NCBI GenBank assembly: GCA_965214205.1
Contig: OZ243941.1
Coordinates: 440,745-504,744 of the forward strand
Origin: Candidatus Poriferihabitaceae bacterium
GTDB lineage: Bacteria; Pseudomonadota; Gammaproteobacteria; Arenicellales; Poriferihabitantaceae
Length of the DNA stretch: 64,000 nucleotides
Reading direction: 5' to 3'
This document shows, in pieces, positions 9,376 to 18,735 of the stretch; position 1 is the stretch's first letter, and each line of letters begins with the position of its first letter. The notes under the pieces were generated by a model that worked only from the letters and a program-made list of their open reading frames with translations, was not told the origin of the DNA and did not search any database. Position numbers and translations under genes: made by a program.

Positions 9376-12042
9376 TTAAAAGCTGTGCAGCCATCCAGCC
9401 ATCCAGAAACGCTCCGTCCTGGCCGAGCGCACGTGCCCCGGCTGCTGTGCCAGGCCCGCGCCGAAACGCAGTTCGCTGCCACCCGGCAGGAAGTGGCGCC
9501 ACTGCCCATAGAAGTCGAGCTGCCGCCCGTCGGCATCCAGCTCAGCGGCCACAGATTGGTGCAGCACCCGGCCTTGTTTGGTGCGCCCAACCGGAACAGA
9601 CAGCCGGGCATGGCCGCGCTCAACCCGAATCGGCTGGCTCAAGGAAAACGAAACCACATCCCCAGCTGCCAGAGTTCTTTGTGCACTCAGAGAAAACGCG
9701 CTGGTCAGCAGTGGCGAAATGTGATCAAACAGACCGCCATGCACCTGTGGCCTGGCGGCGCCGATTTCCGCCTCGGCATCGAGTCGCCAGCCACCAGCCA
9801 TTGTGCCACCGCCGACCCCAACGAAATATGCCTGCTCCGATACATCACCGAACGCGCCGGATGAATGGCTACCCAGCAAGGTTTCGCGCTCCGATACGAT
9901 GCCAGCCTTCAGATTAACCGGGGTTGCTTGACTCCATGCCGGTCGCCACGACATCACCGCACCGGACGCGGGGGCGGAGTGACCCATCCCCTCAGTGGTG
10001 AAAGCGGACACATTCAATCCGGCTCCGGCTCTGCTGTCGAGTGTCAGCGCCTGCTCCGCCAGAGACAAGTGCCCGTAGGGGCTTCCCGGATTTGCCAGGG
10101 AGGTCGCCTGCAACCACCCCGGTTGTAAACCGTTGCCTGCTCTTGCGTCTGTGCCAGCAGGCCAGTATGCTCCTGTGCGCTCCGGCATCAGGCTCCACTC
10201 CTTCTGCTCCTGATACATCGGACGGCCACGTATATCCATGAAATCCTGCACCCGCTGCGACAGCGAATATCCCGAATACCCGGCGCCGGAACGCTCACCG
10301 GACAACAGCCCGTCAAGTGGCATCCAGAACGGAGCGCCGAGTGTATCAAAGGCTACGATCTCGTGTTGGCCAAGGGTTCTGGTCAAGGAATTGCCGAGCG
10401 CCCCGCCGGGTATCAGTCGAGTCTGTGCCAGAGCATATCCAGAATCATTTATGCTGTCGCCGAGTGTCACATTGGCGCTTCCCACCGGCGCCGTCGCCGC
10501 GCCCAGGTCCATCAGCCCCCGACCGTAAACGCTGCTGTTGGAGTAGATACCCGAGCGGTTGGCAGTGGACAGCAACCTCGATACCAGCTCCGTATTCGAC
10601 ATCTGATCCCGGAAAAAGTCCTGCAGTACCACCAACCCGCCGACCACCATCGGCGCCGCGAACGAAGTCCCACTGAATCTTGCAGTGCCCCGCACACCAT
10701 CCTCTTGGCTACAATCGTCGGGGGGGCACGGCCCGAAATACGCTGTCCGCACATTTTCGCCGGGCGCCGCGATACACCAGTCGGCGGCGATGCCACAACG
10801 ATTGGAGAAGTCCGCAATTTCATACTCGACATCATTGTCACTGTCCGGGGCTACGGCGACAGCCGCAATCAGATGTCCCCGTAGCTCAGGAATCCGCGCT
10901 GGCAATCCGGCGAGCACACTCACCGACCGGGCGTTGACCGTGCCCTTGCCGTCATCAGTCTGGTTGTCTCCGACACAGAGCCCCGGATTGTCCGTGAAGT
11001 CGGAATCGAGACATTGTTCCCCATGCGCATTACCGGCAGCCCATACGAAAACCGTCTTGTCAGCGCTACCGGCCTGAGCCAACGCGGCGATGGTCGAGCC
11101 AAGATTGCTCCGCAGTCCCGATGCACTGTACTGTTCAATGATCCCTCGAAAGGCGAGGCTGACGTTGACGAAGTCAATCTTGCCGCTATTCCAGTTCTTT
11201 GCGCGGTTGATAAAGGAAGCCCATGTGCTGTCAGCATGAGAGAGTTGACCGGATGTAACGGGAACATGCGGCCCGTCGCCCGAGCCAACCTGAACCGCGA
11301 ACATCGCCACATCCGCTGCACGGGCGACACCGCGTGGCGCCTTCACCCTGGAGGAGGCATACGATGCCGATGGGTCACCGACGATGACTGAGGCCACCGC
11401 AGTGCCGTGAGAAGTCTCGTCACCCGCCGCGTCTCCGTCTCCTTCGAGAATAACCTCAGTCACTGTCTTGCCCGCGAACATCGAGTGTGCGGTATCAATG
11501 CCGGTATCGATCAGGCCCACGGTCTGGCCGGAGCCTGGCGCCGCGCCAGTGCCGCGCTCAAGCTCAAGGTGGGCATACGCCCGATCTGCCCGGATGGCAG
11601 TCAAGCCCCACTGATTTTTGAAATCAGCTTGCCTGGCATGATCTCTTTCAATCCTTGCCCGCTCCTGCCGGTACTCTTCCGGGGAAATACATCCCAGGTC
11701 TTCCGTATTGATGCAGGGCGGCGGGGGCGGGTCCCGTCGTGGTGGGGCAGGCGGTGAAGGTGCAGGCTCTGGCTCCGGTTCTGGTTCGGGTTCTGGTTCT
11801 GGTTCTGGTTCTGGCTCCGGTTCGGGCTCGGGTTCTGGCTCCGGTTCTGGTGTCGGCGTTGGATCCTGTACCGCCGGGTCGGGCGGGGACGGAGCCACTG
11901 CGGAACCGCCACCGCCACAGCCAGCCAGCAACAGGAGCAGACACAGCGTTGTGGGCAGTAGACTGCGGAGCCAGACAGTGGGTGCGGGCGGACCGGCACA
12001 GAGGCCGGCCTCTACGGTGGGTTGATGCAGAGTGTCAATCAA
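9376..12042 (-). CDS. S8 (subtilisin-like) serine peptidase lipoprotein with (Glu-Pro)14 spacer and autotransporter-like C-terminal domain
   Basis: Lipobox 'LLLLAGC'. Catalytic triad contexts 'GLIDTGID', 'SHGTAVAS' and 'GTSFAAPMV'. The C-terminal ~280 aa have a beta-strand-like alternating pattern and end '...WLHSF'. The only plausible start is TTG at 12042, which overlaps the lpdA stop. Confidence 0.8.
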   Translation of the reverse strand: MIDTLHQPTVEAGLCAGPPAPTVWLRSLLPTTLCLLLLLAGCGGGGSAVAPSPPDPAVQDPTPTPEPEPEPEPEPEPEPEPEPEPEPEPEPEPAPSPPAPPRRDPPPPPCINTEDLGCISPEEYRQERARIERDHARQADFKNQWGLTAIRADRAYAHLELERGTGAAPGSGQTVGLIDTGIDTAHSMFAGKTVTEVILEGDGDAAGDETSHGTAVASVIVGDPSASYASSRVKAPRGVARAADVAMFAVQVGSGDGPHVPVTSGQLSHADSTWASFINRAKNWNSGKIDFVNVSLAFRGIIEQYSASGLRSNLGSTIAALAQAGSADKTVFVWAAGNAHGEQCLDSDFTDNPGLCVGDNQTDDGKGTVNARSVSVLAGLPARIPELRGHLIAAVAVAPDSDNDVEYEIADFSNRCGIAADWCIAAPGENVRTAYFGPCPPDDCSQEDGVRGTARFSGTSFAAPMVVGGLVVLQDFFRDQMSNTELVSRLLSTANRSGIYSNSSVYGRGLMDLGAATAPVGSANVTLGDSINDSGYALAQTRLIPGGALGNSLTRTLGQHEIVAFDTLGAPFWMPLDGLLSGERSGAGYSGYSLSQRVQDFMDIRGRPMYQEQKEWSLMPERTGAYWPAGTDARAGNGLQPGWLQATSLANPGSPYGHLSLAEQALTLDSRAGAGLNVSAFTTEGMGHSAPASGAVMSWRPAWSQATPVNLKAGIVSERETLLGSHSSGAFGDVSEQAYFVGVGGGTMAGGWRLDAEAEIGAARPQVHGGLFDHISPLLTSAFSLSAQRTLAAGDVVSFSLSQPIRVERGHARLSVPVGRTKQGRVLHQSVAAELDADGRQLDFYGQWRHFLPGGSELRFGAGLAQQPGHVRSARTERFWMAGWLHSF
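11764..11847 (-). repeat. in-frame hexanucleotide tandem repeat (GARCCN)14 encoding (Glu-Pro)14
   Basis: Fourteen consecutive GAR-CCN codon pairs counted directly on the minus strand (plus strand reads GGYTCN x14). Confidence 0.95.
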
Positions 12043-13487
12043 CGCGCTTTATGAATCGCCCTCCGGTCTACCGCCAGCGCCGCTTCGTGCACTGATTCGG
12101 ATAACGTGGGGTGGGCATGAACAGTTCGCGCCAGATCTTCCGAGCTGGCCTGATACTCCATAGCCAGCACACACTCATTGATCAACTCGGACACATGCGG
12201 ACCGATCATGTGCACGCCCAGCAGTCGGTCTGTATCCTGGTCGGCAATCATTTTGATGAAGCCGACCGGTTCCTCCATCGCCCGCGCGCGACCGTTGGCG
12301 GCAAACGGGAACTGGCCGGTTTTGACCTTGATTCCCTGTTCCTTCAACTGCTTCTCAGACTGGCCAGCCCAGGCTATTTCAGGGGCGGTATAGATCACCC
12401 ACGGTACACAATTGAAATCGACATGACCTGTGCCGCCGGCAATGCGTTCGGCCACGGCGATGCCTTCTTCCGAACTTTTATGGGCCAGCATCGGGCCGCG
12501 CACCGCGTCTCCAATCGCCCAGATATGGGGCACGCTGGTCCGGCATTGATCGTCCACTTCGATAAATCCCCGGCTGTCGAGGGCAACGCCGCAGTGCGGC
12601 GCGATCAGGCCGTCGGTTGCCGGTTTGCGCCCGACCGCGACAATCAGTCGATCCACTTCAATCGACACAGCCTGGTCCTGCTGGCGGTAGCTCACCCGAG
12701 CGCCGCCCGCTCCCGCATTCACCCGTTCAACCGATTCCACCATGGCCCCCAGACGAATATCCAGACCCTGCCGGGTCAGTTGCTTTTTCGCTTCACGGGC
12801 GACCTGATGATCCGCCGCCGGAAGAAAATCCTCCAGCGCTTCCATAATAACCACCTGTGAACCGAGGCGATTCCACACACTGCCGAGTTCGAGTCCGATT
12901 ACGCCGGCGCCGATAATCCCCAGACGGTCGGGCACATGGTCAAACCCCAGCGCTCCGGTCGAATCCACCACAACTTTATGGTCGAAAGGAATATTCGGCA
13001 GTTCTATCGGCACAGAACCCGGGGCGAGAATAATTTCACGGGCTGTCAGGGTATCGGTCACAACGCCGTCATGGTCAAGGACATGAACCCGGCCGTCGGC
13101 CGCCACCTGTCCGAAGCCATGAATGGATGTCACCTTGTTGGCCTTGAACAGTTGCGTGATGCCGCCCGTCAATTGTTTGACGATGTTCCGTTTGCGGGCC
13201 TGCATCGCGGCGATGTCCATAGACACGTTTTCGACCGTGATGCCGTGGGCGGGAAACTGATGCGTGATCCTGTGATACTGTTCGGACGAATCCAGCAACG
13301 CCTTGGAAGGGATACAGCCCACATTCAGGCAAGTACCCCCCAGACTGGCTCCGCCCGCGGGATTGATTTCAGGGTTGACCTGATTATCAATGCAGGCCGT
13401 GTTCAGCCCAAGCTGGGCGCAGCGGATGGCGGCGACATACCCCCCCGGTCCGGCGCCGATCACAATTACATCCAATTCATCCGACAT
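12039..13487 (-). CDS. lpdA: dihydrolipoyl dehydrogenase (E3)
   Basis: 'VIVIGAGPGGYVAA' and the redox disulfide 'GGTCLNVGCIPSK'. Context is downstream of sucA-sucB. Confidence 0.93.
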   Translation of the reverse strand: MSDELDVIVIGAGPGGYVAAIRCAQLGLNTACIDNQVNPEINPAGGASLGGTCLNVGCIPSKALLDSSEQYHRITHQFPAHGITVENVSMDIAAMQARKRNIVKQLTGGITQLFKANKVTSIHGFGQVAADGRVHVLDHDGVVTDTLTAREIILAPGSVPIELPNIPFDHKVVVDSTGALGFDHVPDRLGIIGAGVIGLELGSVWNRLGSQVVIMEALEDFLPAADHQVAREAKKQLTRQGLDIRLGAMVESVERVNAGAGGARVSYRQQDQAVSIEVDRLIVAVGRKPATDGLIAPHCGVALDSRGFIEVDDQCRTSVPHIWAIGDAVRGPMLAHKSSEEGIAVAERIAGGTGHVDFNCVPWVIYTAPEIAWAGQSEKQLKEQGIKVKTGQFPFAANGRARAMEEPVGFIKMIADQDTDRLLGVHMIGPHVSELINECVLAMEYQASSEDLARTVHAHPTLSESVHEAALAVDRRAIHKAR

Positions 13488-13525
13488 AGTTTCGCCCCCC
13501 GGACGACATCAGGTTTTGATCGGGT

Positions 13526-14872
13526 TTAACAATCCAGCAGTAATCTGGCCGGGTCTTCCAACATATCCTTGATGGTAACCAGGAACTGAACCGCCTCCTT
13601 GCCGTCAATGATCCGGTGGTCGTAAGAAAGCGCCAGATACATCATGGGCCGGACCACCACTTCACCCTCTTCCGCCATCGGCCGTTGTTGGATCTTGTGC
13701 ATTCCCAGTATGGCGCTTTGCGGCGGGTTGACAATCGGAGTGGAAAGCAGGGAGCCGAACACACCGCCGTTGGTAATGGTAAAGGTCCCGCCGGTCAGTT
13801 CATCCATGGCGATCTTCCCCTGTTTCGCGCGAGCGCCGAATTCCTGTATCTGTTGCTCGACCTGGGCATAGCTCATGGATTCGCAGTTTCGCAGCACGGG
13901 AACGACCAGTCCTCTCGGAGACGCCACGGCAATCCCGATATCACAGTAGTTATGCTGGACGATGTCCGTGCCGTCGATATAGGAATTGACCAGAGGAAAT
14001 TTTTGTAACCCGGCCACACTGGCCTTGACGAAAAAGGACATGAAACCGAGACGGGCGCCATGTTTTTTCTCGAAGTCTTCCTTGTGTCTGGACCGCAACT
14101 CCATGACCGGCTGCATATTCACTTCATTGAAGGTGGTCAGCAGGGCCGCGTTGTGCTGGGAATGCAGCAACCGGTCGGCAATGGTCTGTCGCAAACGACT
14201 CATTGGCGTCCGGCTCTGTTGCCGCAGTCCATCCGCGGGTTCCGGGACAGGAGCCGCAGCCCCGGCGGGCGCGGCAGGGGCGGGGGCGGACTCCACGGGG
14301 GCGCTTTGACCAGCCCCGACAACCGCCGCCGGAGCGTCACCCTTGCCAGACCCCGACCGGTCGGCGGCGGCTATATGATTGAGCACATCCTCTTTGGTAA
14401 TCAGTCCATCGTGGCCCGAACCGCTGATTTGCGCCGGATTCAGTCCGTTTTCATCAATTAATCTGCGTGCGGCCGGGCCAAATTTCCGGTCATCCGCGCT
14501 TGCGGAGCCGTCCCCCATGGACTCGATATCGGTCAGGGTCTGCTCGGCTATTTCCGCCAAAGCCGCGAAGTCATCCGTCTTCGTCTTCTCGTTCTCATCC
14601 GCACCGGAAGCGCCGGCGGTTGCATCCGCGCCAGCGCCCGGTTCGATGCGGGCGAGCGCCTGCCCGGACAAAACGGTGGCGCCCGTTTGTTCGATGATTT
14701 CGCTCAGGACACCGTCCGCGGGCGCCGGTACTTCAAGCACCACTTTATCGGTTTCCACCTCAACCAGTATTTCATCCCTGGAAACACGGTCACCCGGCTG
14801 CTTACTCCATTCGAGCAACAACGCATCCGCCACGGACTCCGGGAGTACCGGCACTTTTATTTCAATGGTCAT
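13526..14872 (-). CDS. sucB: dihydrolipoyllysine-residue succinyltransferase (E2 of 2-oxoglutarate dehydrogenase)
   Basis: Lipoyl domain '[15 protein letters not shown]', an Ala/Pro linker, and the catalytic '[13 protein letters not shown]'. Confidence 0.93.
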   Translation of the reverse strand: MTIEIKVPVLPESVADALLLEWSKQPGDRVSRDEILVEVETDKVVLEVPAPADGVLSEIIEQTGATVLSGQALARIEPGAGADATAGASGADENEKTKTDDFAALAEIAEQTLTDIESMGDGSASADDRKFGPAARRLIDENGLNPAQISGSGHDGLITKEDVLNHIAAADRSGSGKGDAPAAVVGAGQSAPVESAPAPAAPAGAAAPVPEPADGLRQQSRTPMSRLRQTIADRLLHSQHNAALLTTFNEVNMQPVMELRSRHKEDFEKKHGARLGFMSFFVKASVAGLQKFPLVNSYIDGTDIVQHNYCDIGIAVASPRGLVVPVLRNCESMSYAQVEQQIQEFGARAKQGKIAMDELTGGTFTITNGGVFGSLLSTPIVNPPQSAILGMHKIQQRPMAEEGEVVVRPMMYLALSYDHRIIDGKEAVQFLVTIKDMLEDPARLLLDC

Positions 14873-14916
14873 AATCTGGCCTGCCTGGAAATTGTCGCCT
14901 GGTTATAAACTAATCA

Positions 14917-17709
14917 TTATACTGTAAGCGCTTCCTGAACCACTTTCTTCTGCTGCGCCACATGGAGCTTGAAGAACCCGACCGCAGGGGATGGAGACCC
15001 TTCCCGCCCCACATATCCCAATGTCTGGTTCTGGCTCAGCAGCTGTCTCAGGTAATAGCTGATCTGATACCAGCAACCCTGATTCTTGGGTTCCTCCTGA
15101 CACCAGACCACCTGCTCGGCGTCAGGATATTTTCCCACTTCCGCCCGCAGTTCCTTCATCGGGAAAGGATGGATCTGCTCCAGGCGGATAATGGCCACAT
15201 CCCGCTGGCCCCGGTTCCGGCGTTCTTCCAGTATATCGTAGTAGACCTTTCCGCAGCAGATAACGACCTTTTTCACCACCTCCGGGGGTAATGGATCCAT
15301 CTCCGGCAGAACCGGATAAAACCGGCCCCGGGCCAGTTCATCCGGCGCGCAAACAGCGAGTTTGTGCCGCAGCAGGCTTTTTGGCGTCATTATGATCAAT
15401 GGCCGCCGGAACGAGCGCATCATCTGACGGCGCAGCATGTGGAATATCTGCGCCGGCGTCGTCGGGACGCAGACCTGCATATTGTGTTCCGCACAGAGTT
15501 GCAGGAAGCGCTCCAACCGCGCGGAGGAATGTTCCGGACCCTGTCCTTCCATGCCATGGGGCAGAAACAGAACCAGGCTGCAAACCCTGGCCCATTTTGA
15601 CTGCCCGCTGCTGATGAACTGGTCAATGACAACCTGCGCCCCATTCACAAAATCACCAAACTGGGCCTCCCAGATAACCAGTGTCCTGGGTTCTGTCGTT
15701 GAATAGCCAAACTCGAAGCCGAGCACAGCCTCTTCGGAAAGCAGCGAGTTGATAACCAGGAAATCGCTGTGGCTGACTCCCACATATTGCAGCGGAATAT
15801 GGGTGCGGGGACGGGACTGGTCATGCAATGTGGCATGTCGATGGGAAAATGTTCCCCGGCCCGCGTCCTGACCGGATAACCGGACCCGATACCCCTGGTC
15901 AATCAACGTGGCATAACTCAATAATTCGGCGCAACCCCAATCCATGGGTTTCTCTCCCCTGGACATCGCGACCCGTTCTTTGAGGATAGCCTCAACCCGC
16001 TTGTGCACGATGAAATCATCCGGCGACCGGGCCAGGATTTCCGAAAGTGTAACCAGGCGCTCAGGATCGACGCCGGTATCCACTTCCTCCCGCCAGTCCT
16101 CTCCCATATAGGGTCTCCAGTCCAGCGTCATCAGTGACTTGTTGGGATCAATCACCTGACCGGCGACCACATGGCCTTCATCCAGCCGGTCCCGGTATTG
16201 CCGTACCATCTGATCGGCTGTCGATGGTTCTATGACCCCCTCATTCGCCAGTTTTTCCGCATACAGTTGCCGCGTGGTTTTATGACTCTTTATTTTTCCG
16301 TACATGATCGGCTGGGTCACCGTCGGTTCATCGGCTTCATTGTGACCGTGTCTTCGGTAGCAAACCATGTCCAGCACAAAATCACCGCCAAATTTCATGC
16401 GGTATTCCATCGCGACCCGGGCCGCGAAAACAATCGCGTCCGGATCATCCCCGTTGACATGCAGTATCGGCGCCTGAACCAGTTTCGCAATTTCCGTGCA
16501 ATAAACCGTGGAGCGGGCATCCAGCGTGTTGGTGGTGAAACCGATCTGGTTGTTGACGATGATGTGAATGGTGCCGCCGGTGGAAAATCCCCGCGTGGCG
16601 GCCATGTTCAGGGTTTCCATGACCACTCCCTGTCCAGCAAACGCGGCGTCTCCGTGAATCAGAACGGGAACCACCTGCTTGCGCGTGGAATCCCCGCGCC
16701 GCTCCTGGCGGGCCCGAACCGAGCCCTCTACAACCGGGCTGATGATCTCCAGATGGGATGGATTAAAGGAGAGCGCCACATGGACATTGCCGCCAGCTGT
16801 CTGGATATCCGAAGATGACCCCTGATGATATTTCACATCGCCGGTCCGGGTGTCCTCACAATCGGTTTCGTATTCCCCTTCGAATTCACTGAACAACTCG
16901 CTGGGAGCCTTGCCCAGAATATTGACCAGAACATTCAACCGCCCGCGATGGGCCATTCCGATTACCACTTCCTTGACGCCGTTGGCTCCGAATTGCTGGA
17001 TCAGATCCGACATCATCGGAATCAGTGACTCCCCCCCTTCGAGCGAAAAGCGTTTCTGACCCACGTATTTGGTATGCAGGTACTTTTCCAGGCCTTCCGC
17101 CGCGGTCAGGCGTTCCAGTATCTCGATACGAAGATCATCCGGGAAAGCCGAACTCCGGGATTCAATCTCCGCCTGGCGCTGCAACCACATCCTTTTTTCC
17201 AGGGAGTGCAGATAGCGGATTTCGTAGCCGATGGAGCCGCAATAGACTCCCTGCAGGAAATCGAGAATCTCACGCAGGGTCATTCGTCCGCCCCTGGCCA
17301 GATCCCCGGCATCGAACTCCATATCCAGGTCCTGGGGGCTGAGATCATAGCGCTCGAGCTGGATTTCTTCGGCGCTGCCTCTGGGCATCACGCCAATCGG
17401 ATCCACATCCGCCCGCAAATGACCCAGTGAGCGATAGGCCATAACCAGCTTGGAAACCTGAGCCTGTTTATGTTCAAGGCTCTCGAACCAGGTCTGGGAC
17501 CCGGTTTCCCCGGACGGGTCGAAGCCGATGGTCATTGCCGGTAACGATGAAAACGCGGTCTGCCACTGCTTCTGCTGATCCGATAATGAACCGGTTGCGT
17601 CCCGCCCCATCATTTCCCGGTACAGGGATTCCAGATAACCGGCGTTCGCTCCGCTCAGGAAACTCAAATCCATATTGTTCGCGCTACCGTTATCACCAGA
17701 AGATTTCAT
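14917..17709 (-). CDS. sucA: 2-oxoglutarate dehydrogenase E1 component
   Basis: 930 aa. 'LSGANAGYLESLY' at the N-terminus, 'HGDAAFAGQGVV', and 'FLPHGMEGQGPEHSSARLERFLQL' are typical SucA. Confidence 0.93.
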   Translation of the reverse strand: MKSSGDNGSANNMDLSFLSGANAGYLESLYREMMGRDATGSLSDQQKQWQTAFSSLPAMTIGFDPSGETGSQTWFESLEHKQAQVSKLVMAYRSLGHLRADVDPIGVMPRGSAEEIQLERYDLSPQDLDMEFDAGDLARGGRMTLREILDFLQGVYCGSIGYEIRYLHSLEKRMWLQRQAEIESRSSAFPDDLRIEILERLTAAEGLEKYLHTKYVGQKRFSLEGGESLIPMMSDLIQQFGANGVKEVVIGMAHRGRLNVLVNILGKAPSELFSEFEGEYETDCEDTRTGDVKYHQGSSSDIQTAGGNVHVALSFNPSHLEIISPVVEGSVRARQERRGDSTRKQVVPVLIHGDAAFAGQGVVMETLNMAATRGFSTGGTIHIIVNNQIGFTTNTLDARSTVYCTEIAKLVQAPILHVNGDDPDAIVFAARVAMEYRMKFGGDFVLDMVCYRRHGHNEADEPTVTQPIMYGKIKSHKTTRQLYAEKLANEGVIEPSTADQMVRQYRDRLDEGHVVAGQVIDPNKSLMTLDWRPYMGEDWREEVDTGVDPERLVTLSEILARSPDDFIVHKRVEAILKERVAMSRGEKPMDWGCAELLSYATLIDQGYRVRLSGQDAGRGTFSHRHATLHDQSRPRTHIPLQYVGVSHSDFLVINSLLSEEAVLGFEFGYSTTEPRTLVIWEAQFGDFVNGAQVVIDQFISSGQSKWARVCSLVLFLPHGMEGQGPEHSSARLERFLQLCAEHNMQVCVPTTPAQIFHMLRRQMMRSFRRPLIIMTPKSLLRHKLAVCAPDELARGRFYPVLPEMDPLPPEVVKKVVICCGKVYYDILEERRNRGQRDVAIIRLEQIHPFPMKELRAEVGKYPDAEQVVWCQEEPKNQGCWYQISYYLRQLLSQNQTLGYVGREGSPSPAVGFFKLHVAQQKKVVQEALTV

Positions 17710-17827
17710 GATATGGACTAATTGATTGTCGAATTACCGATGGTATGATCATGAGTATACCAAAGCAAATGCGCTTAACCACGGTGATTTTGCAAATATC
17801 GCGTTTTTTGATCGGTTTCCAGCCGCC

Positions 17828-18580
17828 ATGACCAGTCCGGATTTGAAACAGCGCTACAGCAGGCAGACCCGTCTCCCGCAGGTCGGCGAGGCGGGGCAGG
17901 CCAAATTGATCAATGCCACCGTATTGATTGTCGGTATGGGCGGGCTGGGCTCACCCGTGGCGCTGTATCTGGCCGCGGCGGGAATCGGACACCTCGAGCT
18001 CGCGGATTTTGATGTGGTCGATGAATCCAACCTGCAACGGCAGATCATCCATCAGCACGCCGACATCGGTCAACTGAAAACCGAATCCGCAGCCGCTTCA
18101 CTGCGGGCCATCAATCCGTCCATCCATGTCGAAACCCTGGATTACTCGCTCGGTCATGAGGATTTTGTCGAGCGCTGCGGCCATGTCGATTTGATCCTGG
18201 ATTGTACGGACAACTTCCCGACCCGGTTTATTCTGAACGAAGTCTCGCTTGAAACCGGAATTCCCCTGGTTTCCGGCGCGGCGATTCGGTGGGAGGGCCA
18301 AGTCACGACCTTCGACCCGCGCAACGAACACAGCCCGTGTTACCGATGTCTGTACCCGGATACAGGAATTGAGAGCGCCACCTGCGCCATGGAAGGCGTG
18401 ATCGCGCCGGTCACCGGGGTGATTGGCACGATGCAGGCGATGGAAGCGGTCAATGTCCTGCTCGGCCACGGACAACTGCACGGAGTAGTCTGGCTGTTCG
18501 ACGCTTACATGATGGAATGGCAGAAAATGCGGCTACCAAAAAATCCCGACTGCCCAGCCTGTGGAAACAAGCGATCGTAG
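17828..18580 (+). CDS. moeB: molybdopterin-synthase adenylyltransferase (MoeB/ThiF/HesA family)
   Basis: 'RYSRQTRLPQVGEAGQAKL', 'VGMGGLGS', 'DFDVVDESNLQRQ', and CxxC pairs 'CYRC' and 'CPAC'. Start placed at ATG 17828, giving 250 aa. The tracked ORF begins at TTG 17726, so the start is uncertain. Confidence 0.8.
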   Translation: MTSPDLKQRYSRQTRLPQVGEAGQAKLINATVLIVGMGGLGSPVALYLAAAGIGHLELADFDVVDESNLQRQIIHQHADIGQLKTESAAASLRAINPSIHVETLDYSLGHEDFVERCGHVDLILDCTDNFPTRFILNEVSLETGIPLVSGAAIRWEGQVTTFDPRNEHSPCYRCLYPDTGIESATCAMEGVIAPVTGVIGTMQAMEAVNVLLGHGQLHGVVWLFDAYMMEWQKMRLPKNPDCPACGNKRS

Positions 18581-18715
18581 GGGACGGTCTTCGTGCCTCC
18601 CGCAAATGTCGGAACGCGCATCTACGTAGGGGAGGGTCTCCGTGCCCTCCCGTAAACGTCGGAACAGGAATCAACGGCAGCGGGCGACCACAGAGGGTCG
18701 CCCCTACGACATCGG
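18576..18715. repeat. cluster of three REP-like units (two direct, one inverted) between convergent moeB and cysC
   Basis: Units at 18576-18615 and 18625-18665 read 'cgtagggga(c/g)ggtct(t/c)cgtgcc(c)tcccg(c/t)aaa(t/c)gtcggaac'. The unit at 18681-18715 is a related copy in inverted orientation ('gggcgaccacagagggtcgcccctacgacatcgg'). Each contains a 7-8 bp internal stem. Confidence 0.7.
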
Positions 18716-18735
18716 TTGAAGCCTGTCCAATCCAA

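Noticed and set aside
9321-9623. 101-codon N-terminal extension of the algC ORF
   Set aside because: The extension is Cys/Ser/Gly/Ala-rich junk that overlaps the 3' end of the protease gene. The internal ATG at 9320 gives a canonical PMM/PGM N-terminus ('MNPAKEIFKAYDIRG').
11764-11847. Tandem hexamer array considered as non-coding microsatellite or CRISPR-like repeat
   Set aside because: The units are contiguous with no spacers, only 6 nt long, and perfectly in frame inside a long ORF with S8 protease motifs. It is a coding repeat.
17726-17827. TTG-initiated 34-codon extension of moeB
   Set aside because: MoeB homologs begin near 'L..RYSRQ', and ATG 17828 gives the expected ~250 aa. The extension cannot be formally excluded without homolog alignment.
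17710-17827. Moco riboswitch upstream of moeB
   Set aside because: The 118-nt AT-rich spacer shows none of the conserved Moco-motif blocks I can recall. It is more likely the plain divergent promoter region shared with sucA.
18576-18715. REP cluster considered as a mini-CRISPR array
   Set aside because: There are only two direct units separated by 9 nt, plus one inverted unit. There are no cas genes. The units are internally palindromic and located between convergent stops, so the REP/BIME-type interpretation fits better.
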